Source of the DNA: an uncultured bacterium
GTDB taxonomy: Bacteria > Bacillota_I > Bacilli_A > RF39 > UBA660
Reading direction: 5' to 3'
Assembly (NCBI GenBank): GCA_900314465.1
Contig: OMVK01000006.1
Location: 87-64,086, forward strand
Length of the DNA stretch: 64,000 nt
The translations under genes were made by a program, and so were the position numbers. Of this stretch, positions 18,585-28,694 are shown in pieces. Numbering within the stretch: position 1 is the stretch's first letter; each line of letters starts with the position of its first letter. The notes beneath the pieces were generated by a model. The model made no database searches, was not told the origin of the DNA, and worked only from the letters and a program-made list of their open reading frames with translations.

Positions 18585-19841
18585 TTATTCATATTTATAT
18601 AAATTTCTACTTCTAGTTAAATTTTTTCTAACAAAATATATAATAACAACAAGAACTACTATAACAATAAGTATTATCAAAATTATAATCCATAATCCTG
18701 AAGATTTCTTAATATGTATATTATATGTACATAAAGTGCCATCAGCTGCTTTTATATTAACAGTTACTACACTATTATTTTGAATATTATCATAACCTTT
18801 AACTTCAAATTCTGCATGTAATACATCAGATGGGATTACTTCTAAATTTAATGAATTAGTATTACGACTAACTTTTAAATTGTATTCATAATTATTTTTA
18901 TCAAAATTATCACTAAAACTATCATAATTATCTATTGTAATATTGGCTGCAGTACAATCACTTGAATCCCCATCACTACGATGTATTTTTATTGTTCTAG
19001 TTTTACTTGTACCATCTTCTGCGGTAACAGTTACATTAATTTCAGCATCTTCACCAGTAATGCCTGTATTACCAGTAACATCACAAGTTGCATTACTATC
19101 TTCTGGTTCACAAACAATATCAACATCAGTTATATCTGAAGATATTTCTAGTTGATAAGATTTATTAGAAAAATCAGGAAGTTCCGTATTTTCAAATAAT
19201 AGTTTTTTTATCTTAGTATTACTTGATTTACTTTCAGTGGACTCAGTAGACTCAGTTTGTACAACAGCTCTTTTAGTTTCACCTTGAGTTGTTGCTTCAG
19301 TTCTTTCAATAATTACTCTGGTTGTACCATTTGTTCTTTTTTTCGTAACTATAGTATTTTTAGTTGCATTAGTAACTTGCTTAGTTACTGTAGAATTACC
19401 TCCACCACTACTTTGAGAAGTTGGATTAACAACAGATGCTTGAGTTGTCGCTTTGGTATTTGCACTTGTTACATAAGTAGAACCATCAGATTTTTTATTA
19501 CAATCAACAGTAGTTACTCTTGTACAAAAGTGTTGATTTGCAATATTACATGAACCACTATAAACAGAACATCCATCAGAAGATATTACTTTATATGGGT
19601 CACTATTACCATTATAACAAGCAATACTTCCGATATCTGGGAATAGATTAACAACACTCCAAGTACCACTTTGGCAATGTGCTCTAAAACACTGAGTAAA
19701 CTCTCCAGATCTTGTAAGTGACCCAGTTAAAGCTTTCTTACAATCTGAATAACTGATCTCATTTTGACCAGTAGCACCATAAATAATATTTGGAACCAAT
19801 ACTAAACATAAAATAATTAAAAAAGATAACTTCTTCCTCAT
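18585..19841 (-). CDS. surface protein: signal peptide, Cys-rich domain, Thr-rich linker, cadherin-like beta-sandwich domains, C-terminal TM anchor
   Basis: Signal MRKKLSFLIILCLVLVPNIIYGA. 12 Cys in the first 110 mature residues. EINVTVTAEDGTSKTRTIKIHRS and VNIKAADGTLCTYNIHIKK match the cadherin-like/CHU_C-type motif ...VTA.DG...Y.I.I.R. C-terminal WIIILIILIVIVVLVVIIYFVRK anchor. Confidence 0.5.
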   Translation of the reverse strand: MRKKLSFLIILCLVLVPNIIYGATGQNEISYSDCKKALTGSLTRSGEFTQCFRAHCQSGTWSVVNLFPDIGSIACYNGNSDPYKVISSDGCSVYSGSCNIANQHFCTRVTTVDCNKKSDGSTYVTSANTKATTQASVVNPTSQSSGGGNSTVTKQVTNATKNTIVTKKRTNGTTRVIIERTEATTQGETKRAVVQTESTESTESKSSNTKIKKLLFENTELPDFSNKSYQLEISSDITDVDIVCEPEDSNATCDVTGNTGITGEDAEINVTVTAEDGTSKTRTIKIHRSDGDSSDCTAANITIDNYDSFSDNFDKNNYEYNLKVSRNTNSLNLEVIPSDVLHAEFEVKGYDNIQNNSVVTVNIKAADGTLCTYNIHIKKSSGLWIIILIILIVIVVLVVIIYFVRKNLTRSRNLYKYE

Positions 19842-19911
19842 AAGTTTCACCACAATCATAATATACATTTTAATTATAATAATAATAAACTAATATTTCA
19901 AGAAGTCTTAA

Positions 19912-20820
19912 TTATACTCTTCTATTTTTACTAATAATTTCTACATCATTAGTTAATTGTTTTATTCTTTCAATAATTCTTCTAGCTTTTACAGAATCAA
20001 TATTATTATTAGTTTCTCTTAAATGTATTTCTAGTTCATTAATATCTAAATTAGATGTAAAAAATGTTGATAATTTATTATCCATACGATATTGTAAAAT
20101 TGTACCTAATACTTCATCTCTACTCCATGATGTAATACTTTCAGCACCTATATCATCTATTAATAATAAATCACTATTCTTAATACTATCCATTAATTCT
20201 TCATAATTAGATTGAAAAGAAGACTTTAATAATCTAAGCATTTCCGGATAATATATAATCAAAGCTTTATTACCATCTTGTGCTAGAGCATTAAAAAGTG
20301 CTGCGATAATATAAGTTTTACCAGCACCAAAAGAACCATGTACATATAAACCTTTTATATTTTTATTAGTTTGATAATCTTTATAAAATTTATTAACAGC
20401 CTTAATTAATTTTTCTCTTTTTTTATCAGTTATATCAATATTTTTCATCGAAGCATTTTGTATTTCTAATGGTTCTAAGTATATCTTAGTTTTCTTTTTT
20501 TCTTGTTCCATACTTTTAAGCAATTTCTTACAAGCAATATTTTCAAAATATAACATATTACCATATTTAACTGGATAAATATAATAGCCTTTAGAACTAT
20601 TCTTACATGTACTTAAACTCTTACAATTCTTACAATTATGTAATTCTGATACACTTCTTAATAATTTAGATGTATAAGTTAATGAGTCTTCTTTTTTTAA
20701 TTTTAATTTATTAACTAATTCTACAAATTCAATATTTTCACAAGCTTTATCATAAGAAGCACTTAATTCTCTTTTTAATTCTTCTTTATCTATACTACTA
20801 TATTCACTTATTCTCTTCAT
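19912..20820 (-). CDS. dnaI: primosomal helicase loader DnaI
   Basis: Walker A GSFGAGKTYI, Walker B LLLIDDIG. N-terminal zinc-binding-like Cys cluster (CKNCKSLSTCKNS). AAA+ DnaC/DnaI architecture. Confidence 0.85.
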   Translation of the reverse strand: MKRISEYSSIDKEELKRELSASYDKACENIEFVELVNKLKLKKEDSLTYTSKLLRSVSELHNCKNCKSLSTCKNSSKGYYIYPVKYGNMLYFENIACKKLLKSMEQEKKKTKIYLEPLEIQNASMKNIDITDKKREKLIKAVNKFYKDYQTNKNIKGLYVHGSFGAGKTYIIAALFNALAQDGNKALIIYYPEMLRLLKSSFQSNYEELMDSIKNSDLLLIDDIGAESITSWSRDEVLGTILQYRMDNKLSTFFTSNLDINELEIHLRETNNNIDSVKARRIIERIKQLTNDVEIISKNRRV

Positions 20821-22112
20821 TTATATATACTCATCTCCTTTTCAAGTTCTAATAATTCTTCATCGCTCATTTTTTCTTCTTTATTGTCTTCATTCATCCA
20901 TGATGGAACTGGAGATACACTCTTTTTACTTGTTGTACTTATTTTACTTGTATCCTTTTTAATGCGATATTTAGCTGCTTCATTCATGGCGTCATTAACT
21001 GTCTTAATACCTTTTCTATTCCAAACAGATGCAATTGATTCTAAATAAGTTCTATTTAACTTACCATCTTTAACTCTAATCGAATAATCAACTAAAACAT
21101 TAATAACACCTGGAGGTAAATTATAATCTATCGCAAGACTTTCAAGTATTTTAAGTTCTCTTGAACTAGGTTTAACTCCTTTATTCTTAAACTTTAAGAA
21201 ATCATATGGTTTTGTATTTTCAAACACTTTAATCATCTTAGATCTAGGTGATGAATCACCACTAGGGCTCTTTAAATAATCAGGTTGCGATCTATATACA
21301 ATAGTTGGAAGTGAACCATTATTATTAAATTCATAATTTTTTCTTACTACTTCCCTTAATTTTTCTTTATCAATAATACCAACATTATCAATAACTAACC
21401 TAATAAATTCAGACATACTAACAGAATCTACATTATAAATAAATGCAAGCTCATTAATAAGTTCTTTAGTTTTCTTAGTAAAAGTATGTGAATTAACTAA
21501 ATCTTTAGGTAAAGAATTAATAATTAAATCAAAATCTATAATATTATTTAAATTAATATTTAATTCTTTCTTTCTTCTAATTAAATCATTTTCATAAGTA
21601 GTATTATTAATAGATTTAAAAGTATCATTCATTGTTGATGTTATCTCTTCATAATCAGTCTTTTTAATATTAATCTTTTTATAATAACTTCTTAAATTAT
21701 TATATTCTATTTCCCCAATATTATTTAATAATAAGACACTTAATACTGGATGATTAAAGAATTCATAAGCACTTAAGGGACTATATAATTCATATAAATA
21801 TTCATTAATATTATCATTTCTTTTTATATATGTTTTAATAAGTCCAAGTGATTCTAAAGACTTTCTTGCAAGTAATATATCTTTTAAAGATGATTTTAAG
21901 ATAGTCATTAAATGATGATGTGTATAATCACTTGATATTAAATCATGTTTATCTAAATCACTCCATAAAGTTAAATATAAACTAACAGATATAGGTCCAA
22001 TAATAGGTTCATATAAATTAATTAAGATATTTTTATCTATCTCAGTTAATATAGTTTGATTAACAACAATATAAGTATCAGCAGGTAATAAAATATCTTT
22101 CATATAGACCAT
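20817..22112 (-). CDS. dnaB: replication initiation and membrane attachment protein (Bacillus-type DnaB, DnaD-like domains)
   Basis: Overlaps dnaI by 4 nt in the typical dnaB-dnaI operon. N-terminus DILLPADTYIVVNQTILTEIDKNILINLYEPIIGPISVSLYLTLW resembles B. subtilis DnaB. DDBH2-type C-terminal region. Confidence 0.65.
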   Translation of the reverse strand: MVYMKDILLPADTYIVVNQTILTEIDKNILINLYEPIIGPISVSLYLTLWSDLDKHDLISSDYTHHHLMTILKSSLKDILLARKSLESLGLIKTYIKRNDNINEYLYELYSPLSAYEFFNHPVLSVLLLNNIGEIEYNNLRSYYKKINIKKTDYEEITSTMNDTFKSINNTTYENDLIRRKKELNINLNNIIDFDLIINSLPKDLVNSHTFTKKTKELINELAFIYNVDSVSMSEFIRLVIDNVGIIDKEKLREVVRKNYEFNNNGSLPTIVYRSQPDYLKSPSGDSSPRSKMIKVFENTKPYDFLKFKNKGVKPSSRELKILESLAIDYNLPPGVINVLVDYSIRVKDGKLNRTYLESIASVWNRKGIKTVNDAMNEAAKYRIKKDTSKISTTSKKSVSPVPSWMNEDNKEEKMSDEELLELEKEMSIYK

Positions 22113-22341
22113 CTCTTAAGTTATTATTTTAAAATAAATAATATATATTAACAAGAAAAATAACATATAAATTAATATATGCTATTTTTTCTTTTTATTA
22201 TTTTTATCTTTCTTATTAGTATTAGTTTTATCTTTTTTATCTTCATCTTTAGGTAATGTAAAACTAAAACCTGAATCACTTAATTCTTTATTAAGTTCTC
22301 CAAATACATTAACATCTTCTCTTTTAAAATTAACTCCCATA

Positions 22342-23979
22342 TTATACCTCTTGAATAACAGCTATTATCATAGGTTTAGTACCAGTTTCTTGATAAAAAT
22401 ATTTAGACAATTCTTCACGTATATCATTTTTAATATTATTATAATCAACATGTGTAGGTGTTGTATTTTTTTCGATTACATCTAAACTTATTCTTTTAAC
22501 TTCATTAATCATTTCTTGTGAATCTTTTACATAAATAAAACCTCTAGTTATTACTTCAGGACCTACAAGTATTTTTTTAGTTGCACGATCTACTGTTGCT
22601 GATATTAAAAGAATACCATTTTCTGCAAGCATTTCTCTATCTTTAATAACTAGTTCCCCAATATCTTCAGAAGATTTACCATCTATTAAAGTATCTTCTA
22701 CTTTGATATGATTAAATGTATCTTCTTTAACTCCATCAGTAAATTCGACAACATCACCATTTTCTTTTAAGATGATATTATCTTTATCCATACCTAAAGC
22801 ATAGGCAAGATTAGCATTATTAACCATATATCTATATTCACCCTTAACAGGCATATAATATTTAGGTTTAATTAAATTTAACATAATCATTAAATCTTCC
22901 TGTGATGCATGTAGTAAAATAGTTTTATCTTTTGGTATTTCTTCACTATTAGCACCAGCTTCTGCTATTCTATCTTCAAGTTTTACTAATGTTTTTTCAC
23001 AAGCATCATATGTAGGCTCAGCAAATATAAATACATCACTTTCTTTTAAATTAATATATTTATCATTATGATTAATAATACGATTAACAGCAGCATAAGG
23101 TCTTTCACGATCATCACATATAAGTAATATACTATTCTTTTCTTCTATATTAGAAAGATCACCTAGTATACCTGGATTAATATGTAAATATTTATCTTTT
23201 AATCCCATATTTACTATATTTTGTAATTTTTTACCCATAATAACTATATGTCTATGCATATTATTAGCTGCATCAAATAACTCTTGTATAGCATATAAAT
23301 GAACAGGTAAAACAGATATAATTAATCTACCTTCATTATGATTCATACAATCTTTAAACCAATCAGTTAATCTATGATGTGGACTTGTATACCCTCTTCT
23401 CTCAGAAAAACTTGATTCACTCAATAAAAGCAATACACCCTGTTTACCAACATAAGCAATCTTCCCTAAATCCATACCATAACTACCAGTCATTGTAGGA
23501 TCTATTAAAAAATCACCAGTATAACAAATTGCACCATCTTTAGTATTAATAACATACATAACACTATCTGGTACTGAATGTGATACATTAATTGGAAATA
23601 TACTAATATTATTACCAAAATTAATCTTTTTATTAGCCTTTATTTCAATAATATTTTTTTCTCTAAAACCTTCTAGTAATAAATAATTCTTAGTATATCT
23701 AGTACAATATATCTTAATATCAGGTATATCATTAACTAAATCAAAGACACCACCCATATTTTCTAAATGGGCATGTGTTAAAAATACACCAACTATTCTA
23801 TCTTTATTTTCTTTTAAATAACTATAATTAGGTAATATATAATCTATACCATATTCTTGTTCAGTAGCATATTTAAGACCACAATCTAAAATAAAGATCT
23901 TATCATCTACCTCAACGACATAAGTGTTCTTACCAGATTCATTAAGACCACCTAAGCCAAAAACTTTAATTTTACTCAT
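22342..23979 (-). CDS. rnj: ribonuclease J family protein with degenerate metal-binding motif II (RNase J2-like)
   Basis: Metallo-beta-lactamase plus beta-CASP plus C-terminal domain architecture, 545 aa. Motif II reads THAHLEN instead of HGHEDH. Confidence 0.8.
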   Translation of the reverse strand: MSKIKVFGLGGLNESGKNTYVVEVDDKIFILDCGLKYATEQEYGIDYILPNYSYLKENKDRIVGVFLTHAHLENMGGVFDLVNDIPDIKIYCTRYTKNYLLLEGFREKNIIEIKANKKINFGNNISIFPINVSHSVPDSVMYVINTKDGAICYTGDFLIDPTMTGSYGMDLGKIAYVGKQGVLLLLSESSFSERRGYTSPHHRLTDWFKDCMNHNEGRLIISVLPVHLYAIQELFDAANNMHRHIVIMGKKLQNIVNMGLKDKYLHINPGILGDLSNIEEKNSILLICDDRERPYAAVNRIINHNDKYINLKESDVFIFAEPTYDACEKTLVKLEDRIAEAGANSEEIPKDKTILLHASQEDLMIMLNLIKPKYYMPVKGEYRYMVNNANLAYALGMDKDNIILKENGDVVEFTDGVKEDTFNHIKVEDTLIDGKSSEDIGELVIKDREMLAENGILLISATVDRATKKILVGPEVITRGFIYVKDSQEMINEVKRISLDVIEKNTTPTHVDYNNIKNDIREELSKYFYQETGTKPMIIAVIQEV

Positions 23980-24056
23980 AAATACTTCCTTTCAAAAAGA
24001 AATAAAGGCATTTAAACGATAACATTATAGCACATTAATAATTAATCTATCAATTA

Positions 24057-24539
24057 TTATCTTATTCTATCTCTAACTTTTTTAATATATCTAGTACTAT
24101 TATCTTTAATAAAACCAGCATTTAAGGCAACTTTTCTACTATAAATATTATCATTTCTTATTTGTAAATATAAATCATTTTTATAATTATCTTGATAATA
24201 ATCACTAAATTCTTTTAATAATAAACTAGCATAACCTCTATTACGATATTCAGGTGCTATCATATAACTAATTTCCATAAATACTTTATCACCATAAGAT
24301 ACAAGTTTTTGTATTAATATAACACCTATTCTAATATTATTTTTATATACAATATATACTTTATTATCATTAATACCAAATTCATTAGAATTATCAGTTA
24401 TTCTATTAAAATAATTATCTAAACCTTCACTAGTAATATATTTCATAATAAATGAATCATTATCTAAATAATTTAAAAACAACTTATCAGTACTAAAGCC
24501 CATATATTCTTTTAATATAAAATCATCTAATTCAATCAT
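24057..24539 (-). CDS. GNAT family N-acetyltransferase
   Basis: Motif A YRNRGYASLLLKEF. GNAT fold size. Confidence 0.7.
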   Translation of the reverse strand: MIELDDFILKEYMGFSTDKLFLNYLDNDSFIMKYITSEGLDNYFNRITDNSNEFGINDNKVYIVYKNNIRIGVILIQKLVSYGDKVFMEISYMIAPEYRNRGYASLLLKEFSDYYQDNYKNDLYLQIRNDNIYSRKVALNAGFIKDNSTRYIKKVRDRIR

Positions 24540-24589
24540 ATATCATCTTATTTATTATAACATATGTTATAATATTAATGGTGATATAA

Positions 24590-24958
24590 ATGGATGATTG
24601 TATTTTTTGTAAGATAATTAAAGGTGAAGTTAAATCTTATACTATATATGAAGATGATATTGTAAAAGTATTCTTAGATGCTAATCCTGATGATAATGGA
24701 CATATGTTAATAATAACTAAGAAACATATAAAAGACTTTACTGAACTAGATAGTAAGACTGCTGCCCATATTCATGAAGTAGCTTTAAAAATGAAAGATT
24801 TAATATATGATAAATTAAAACCTCAAGGTTTAAGAATGGTAAATAATTATGGGATATACCAATATGTAAAACATTACCATTTACACATAATACCATGCTA
24901 TGATCCTAAAGAGAACTTAGTACCTGTTGAAGATACATATAACAAATTAATGCACTAG
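24590..24958 (+). CDS. HIT family (histidine triad) nucleotide hydrolase
   Basis: CIFCKII N-terminus. Histidine triad HYHLHIIP. Confidence 0.85.
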   Translation: MDDCIFCKIIKGEVKSYTIYEDDIVKVFLDANPDDNGHMLIITKKHIKDFTELDSKTAAHIHEVALKMKDLIYDKLKPQGLRMVNNYGIYQYVKHYHLHIIPCYDPKENLVPVEDTYNKLMH

Positions 24959-24985
24959 TAATTAAGCTAGTGCATTTTATATATT
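24948..24985. terminator. bidirectional terminator between HIT (+) and vanY-like (-)
   Basis: tgcactag-taattaag-ctagtgca hairpin flanked by T-rich runs. Confidence 0.5.
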
Positions 24986-25979
24986 ATTTTTCTAAATAAT
25001 ATGCATAATATTCATCATAAGTTAAACCTAAATCATGTACTTTTTCTGCAAGTTCTTTACCTACATATCTAAAATGCCATGATTCATAATTATAACCAGT
25101 TATCTTTTCTTTACCTTTAGGATATCTTAATATAAATCCATATTTATATGAATTATCTATTAACCATTTATAAGTATTAGAATTTTCAAAATCATTTTGT
25201 GAAGAACATTCTTTTGAATATATATCAAGTGCAAGACCAGTTTGATGTTCAGAATAACCAGGATGAGCTGCTATCGAATCAGCGTATGTTGTTCCCCTTA
25301 AATTATAATAATAATTATATTCTTTTTCTTGATCAGCATAAGAACGATATCCAGATAATATTAGTAAATAAATACCATCAGAATAAGCAGCATTCCACAT
25401 TTCTATAAATGCATTATAGACATCACTTCTAATCTGATATATATCATTTTCTCCACCATATCTATATTTCCACTCGATATTAACTAAATCATCAGGTGTA
25501 TAATCACCTAAATAATAATGTTTATTGACAAGCAATGCATAATTATCATCTATATTAGTCTTATAATCACCTGTATATTGGGTTTCATCTTGATGAACAT
25601 TAACAATTGCAACTATATTACTATAATCATATCCATCTACACCAACATAATTAAAAAAATCTTCATCTTTAGTTACTACTTGATCTAAATATTTATCTAG
25701 GTTCTTAAACATAAAATATTTTTCATTAACAAAAGAAGGTATAAATTCATTATATCCTCTATCAATAATATTTTTTTGTTCATCTTCACTTAATTTAGAT
25801 GTAAGAATATTAACATCACTTTCACTATAACCAAGTTCTAATAGATAATAAGTATTTGAATGTTTATATAAATAATCTTGATAATATTTATTGCCAAAAT
25901 AAGCCCCTATTGTAAAAAGTATAATAAATAATATAAATAATTTAACAGGCTTTTTAAGCTTATAAACTTTCTTTTCCAT
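24984..25979 (-). CDS. D-alanyl-D-alanine carboxypeptidase, peptidase M15B (VanY family)
   Basis: SGYRSYADQ, SEHQTGLALD, ESWHFRYVG are Zn-binding H/D/H motifs of VanY/M15. N-terminal TM anchor. Confidence 0.8.
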   Translation of the reverse strand: MEKKVYKLKKPVKLFILFIILFTIGAYFGNKYYQDYLYKHSNTYYLLELGYSESDVNILTSKLSEDEQKNIIDRGYNEFIPSFVNEKYFMFKNLDKYLDQVVTKDEDFFNYVGVDGYDYSNIVAIVNVHQDETQYTGDYKTNIDDNYALLVNKHYYLGDYTPDDLVNIEWKYRYGGENDIYQIRSDVYNAFIEMWNAAYSDGIYLLILSGYRSYADQEKEYNYYYNLRGTTYADSIAAHPGYSEHQTGLALDIYSKECSSQNDFENSNTYKWLIDNSYKYGFILRYPKGKEKITGYNYESWHFRYVGKELAEKVHDLGLTYDEYYAYYLEK

Positions 25980-26049
25980 TATCTAATACCTCGTAATAAT
26001 TATATCTAAATAAATAAAAAAGGACTTAATTATAAGTCCTATTTTACTA

Positions 26050-26322
26050 TTAGTTAACAGAATCTTTTAATTTTGAACCAGCTTTGAATGATACAACATT
26101 CTTAGCAGCAATTTTCATAGGTTCTTTTGTTAAAGGATTAATACCTTCTCTAGCAGCTCTTCTCTTAGATGAGAAAGTACCAAAGCCAACTATAGCAACT
26201 TTTTTATCTTTCTTTAAACCAGTTTCGATACCTTTAATAACAGCATCAACAACTCTACCAGCTTCTGCTTTAGAAACATTAGCTTCTTCAGCAACAAATT
26301 CTACTAATTCAGTTTTTGACAT
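26050..26322 (-). CDS. hup: DNA-binding protein HU
   Basis: MSKTELVEFVAEEANVSKAEAGRVVDAV...GFGTFSSKRRAAREGINPLTKEPMKI.AK.V.FKAG.LKD is a canonical HU. Confidence 0.9.
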   Translation of the reverse strand: MSKTELVEFVAEEANVSKAEAGRVVDAVIKGIETGLKKDKKVAIVGFGTFSSKRRAAREGINPLTKEPMKIAAKNVVSFKAGSKLKDSVN

Positions 26323-26460
26323 AATATTACCTCCCATAGTAATTATATTAGTAGGTATGTTTTAGTAGATACATACCCTACAAATAAAATTTAGCAAATA
26401 TTTATTATAAATGCAATAAAAATAAGCATTAATTAACGATTTTTCGTGTATTTTATCAAA

Positions 26461-27144
26461 TTAATTGCCTGTATTTGTAGTATCAGTACTACTAGTATCA
26501 CACATATTTTTATCTACTGTATTTCTTTCTTCAATTAATTTTGGTTTTTCACATGTTATATCATCAATTGAATTATTAAAAATACATGTTATATTATATA
26601 GACCATATGGGCAAGGAATAGTAATTAATGCAGTATCTCTTGAATTATTTTCAATATAATATTCACCTGTTGTTAGATTAGATAAAGTAAATGATTGTCC
26701 ACTAGTAACTTGTTTTTTAATAACACTATTATCACTTGCATTTCTAAGATATAAAATGAATGTTTGTTTTTGTTCTTGAGTTACTATATTACCAGATATT
26801 TTAGTTGTAGGTATATATGTACCATCACTTCTTATACTACCATCATTATTAATAGTATGTGTAGCTCTTTGAGCAACAGTTGTTTGATCTTTATATACAA
26901 GTGTTGTTGCTTTAGTAGTAGAAGTATTAATAAGTCTAATATCCATTGTTGTAGTAGTACTCTTTTTATCAAAAGCACCATTTTTTTCAAGAAAACGCAT
27001 AATCAAAAATACACATAAAGCTACTATTAATATCATTAATAATGATATACCTAATTGTCTTAAATCTCTAAATTTCTTTTCTCTATCAAAATCTTTTTTA
27101 TTTTTTTCTAGACGTTTATCTAAATTACTTTTTTCATTTTTCAT
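26461..27144 (-). CDS. type II membrane protein, Thr-rich extracellular region, function unknown
   Basis: Charged N-terminus, TM (ISLLMILIVALCVFLIM), C-terminal Cys pairs. Confidence 0.35.
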   Translation of the reverse strand: MKNEKSNLDKRLEKNKKDFDREKKFRDLRQLGISLLMILIVALCVFLIMRFLEKNGAFDKKSTTTTMDIRLINTSTTKATTLVYKDQTTVAQRATHTINNDGSIRSDGTYIPTTKISGNIVTQEQKQTFILYLRNASDNSVIKKQVTSGQSFTLSNLTTGEYYIENNSRDTALITIPCPYGLYNITCIFNNSIDDITCEKPKLIEERNTVDKNMCDTSSTDTTNTGN

Positions 27145-27157
27145 AATATCACCATTT

Positions 27158-28177
27158 TCAATTTATTAATTTTAAATATTTTATTGACCCATCAGGAAGT
27201 GAGAATTTAATTAATGAATATCCACTACCGCTAACACTTACATGTATTGTAAAATCATATGACTTATATGATTTACCATTACCTACATATTCTACACTTG
27301 CTGAAACACCACCATTATTTTGTATATCATTTGCAACATTGACACCTGTATATTCATCATGATTATTATCTTCAAATGTTATATTAAGAGATAAATCTTT
27401 GGATTCACTTATATGATATTCATCATATTCTTTATATGTATCATCTTCTAATATTTTTGTAGTTATTTTATTATTTACTACAATTATATTAGTACTTGTA
27501 CTTGCACCATTTGAACCAGTCGCAACCAATTGATATGTACCAATTTGTTTTCTAGCAGTAACTTTCCCTTTCTTATCAACACCAAGATATTTCTTATCAC
27601 TTACAGAATAAGTAACATCACTTGTATTTGAACCATATGGATAAGAATATAATATAGGTGTTTCATTTTTTGATAAATCTAAATAATAATATTCTTTTTC
27701 ATATGCATAATATACTGAAGCATTTGCATCTATATTAATTTGAAGTGATTCACTCTTATCTTGAAAAGAAGCAGTTAATGTAACAGTACCTGATTGATTG
27801 CCTGTATTAACTATTTCTGTACTACCAGATTGCGATACCTGTGCTAATGACGTGTTATCAATCGAAAAACTAATAGATTGAATATTAACTTTATTTAAAT
27901 TCATGATATCTTTTATATCAATAGTACCATTAGTAACAGCTGTAATTGAACTATTAATAAAGCTAAATGAGCAATCATTACATAAACTTATCGTAGTTGT
28001 CGATGCTTTATTATTTTTACCTTGAATAACGATATTATTATTATTATTTGAACTAGTATCAAATGTTAAAAAGCCTCTTAGGAAGAAAAAGAATAATACA
28101 AATGTAATAACCGAAGTAAATGCAAGTGTCATACCAAGTTTTACAGTACCATCACTATTTTTAAAAACACCTTTCAT
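27158..28177 (-). CDS. membrane-anchored surface protein with bacterial Ig-like (Big_2-like) domain
   Basis: N-terminal TM. YSVSDKKYLGVDKKGKVTARKQIGTYQLVATGSNGASTSTNIIVV is a Big_2-like motif. Confidence 0.45.
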   Translation of the reverse strand: MKGVFKNSDGTVKLGMTLAFTSVITFVLFFFFLRGFLTFDTSSNNNNNIVIQGKNNKASTTTISLCNDCSFSFINSSITAVTNGTIDIKDIMNLNKVNIQSISFSIDNTSLAQVSQSGSTEIVNTGNQSGTVTLTASFQDKSESLQINIDANASVYYAYEKEYYYLDLSKNETPILYSYPYGSNTSDVTYSVSDKKYLGVDKKGKVTARKQIGTYQLVATGSNGASTSTNIIVVNNKITTKILEDDTYKEYDEYHISESKDLSLNITFEDNNHDEYTGVNVANDIQNNGGVSASVEYVGNGKSYKSYDFTIHVSVSGSGYSLIKFSLPDGSIKYLKLIN

Positions 28178-28181
28178 TTAA

Positions 28182-28688
28182 TCACATCCTATTATCTATC
28201 ATATATCTAATAAAAGTATAACACGAATCTGATAATTCTTTTTTTTTAAATTCATTTAATTTTCTAGTTACAAATTCTTGACATCTAAGAGGTTCCATAT
28301 TAACAATATCACCACTTATATGTATTACTTGATAACCAACGATAATCCAATCAATATATTCATTAGTATGTAAATCATATTTAGTTTCTTTGCAAACACC
28401 AAGATATGAACCTATCTCGTATTTAGCAGCACTACCTGTTTCTTCTCTTAGTTCTCTTAATATAGCATTTTTTAAATTATGATCACTTTTATTTAAAGAA
28501 CCACCTACTGCTTCAATCATACCCACACAATCTCTTGCTTTACTGCCTCTTAATTGTAAAGTATATCTATTATCACTCTCTTTAATAAAAGCTACTACAC
28601 ATACTTTAACTTTATGAATATCATCATATTTAATTAATTTATCAGTTAATTCTTTTATATTTCTTACTTCATCATTAAATAATAACAT
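28182..28688 (-). CDS. NUDIX hydrolase
   Basis: Nudix box GGSLNKSDHNLKNAILRELREETG (GX5EX7REUXEEXGU). Confidence 0.75.
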   Translation of the reverse strand: MLLFNDEVRNIKELTDKLIKYDDIHKVKVCVVAFIKESDNRYTLQLRGSKARDCVGMIEAVGGSLNKSDHNLKNAILRELREETGSAAKYEIGSYLGVCKETKYDLHTNEYIDWIIVGYQVIHISGDIVNMEPLRCQEFVTRKLNEFKKKELSDSCYTFIRYMIDNRM

Positions 28689-28694
28689 ATCAAA

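Noticed and set aside
16072-19553. Plus-strand ORFs 16072..16269, 18943..19155, 19257..19553
   Set aside because: Shadow ORFs within minus-strand genes. No start context.
26338-26460. Imperfect inverted repeat gtaggtatg-N13-cataccctac upstream of hup
   Set aside because: Not followed by a T-tract on the transcribed strand, and one arm has an extra base. Could be an operator or nothing, and is insufficient to call a feature.
25199-27018. Plus-strand ORFs 25199..25408, 26084..26365, 26465..26659, 26764..27018
   Set aside because: Antisense to the vanY-like, hup and membrane-protein genes. The hup identity on the minus strand is unambiguous.
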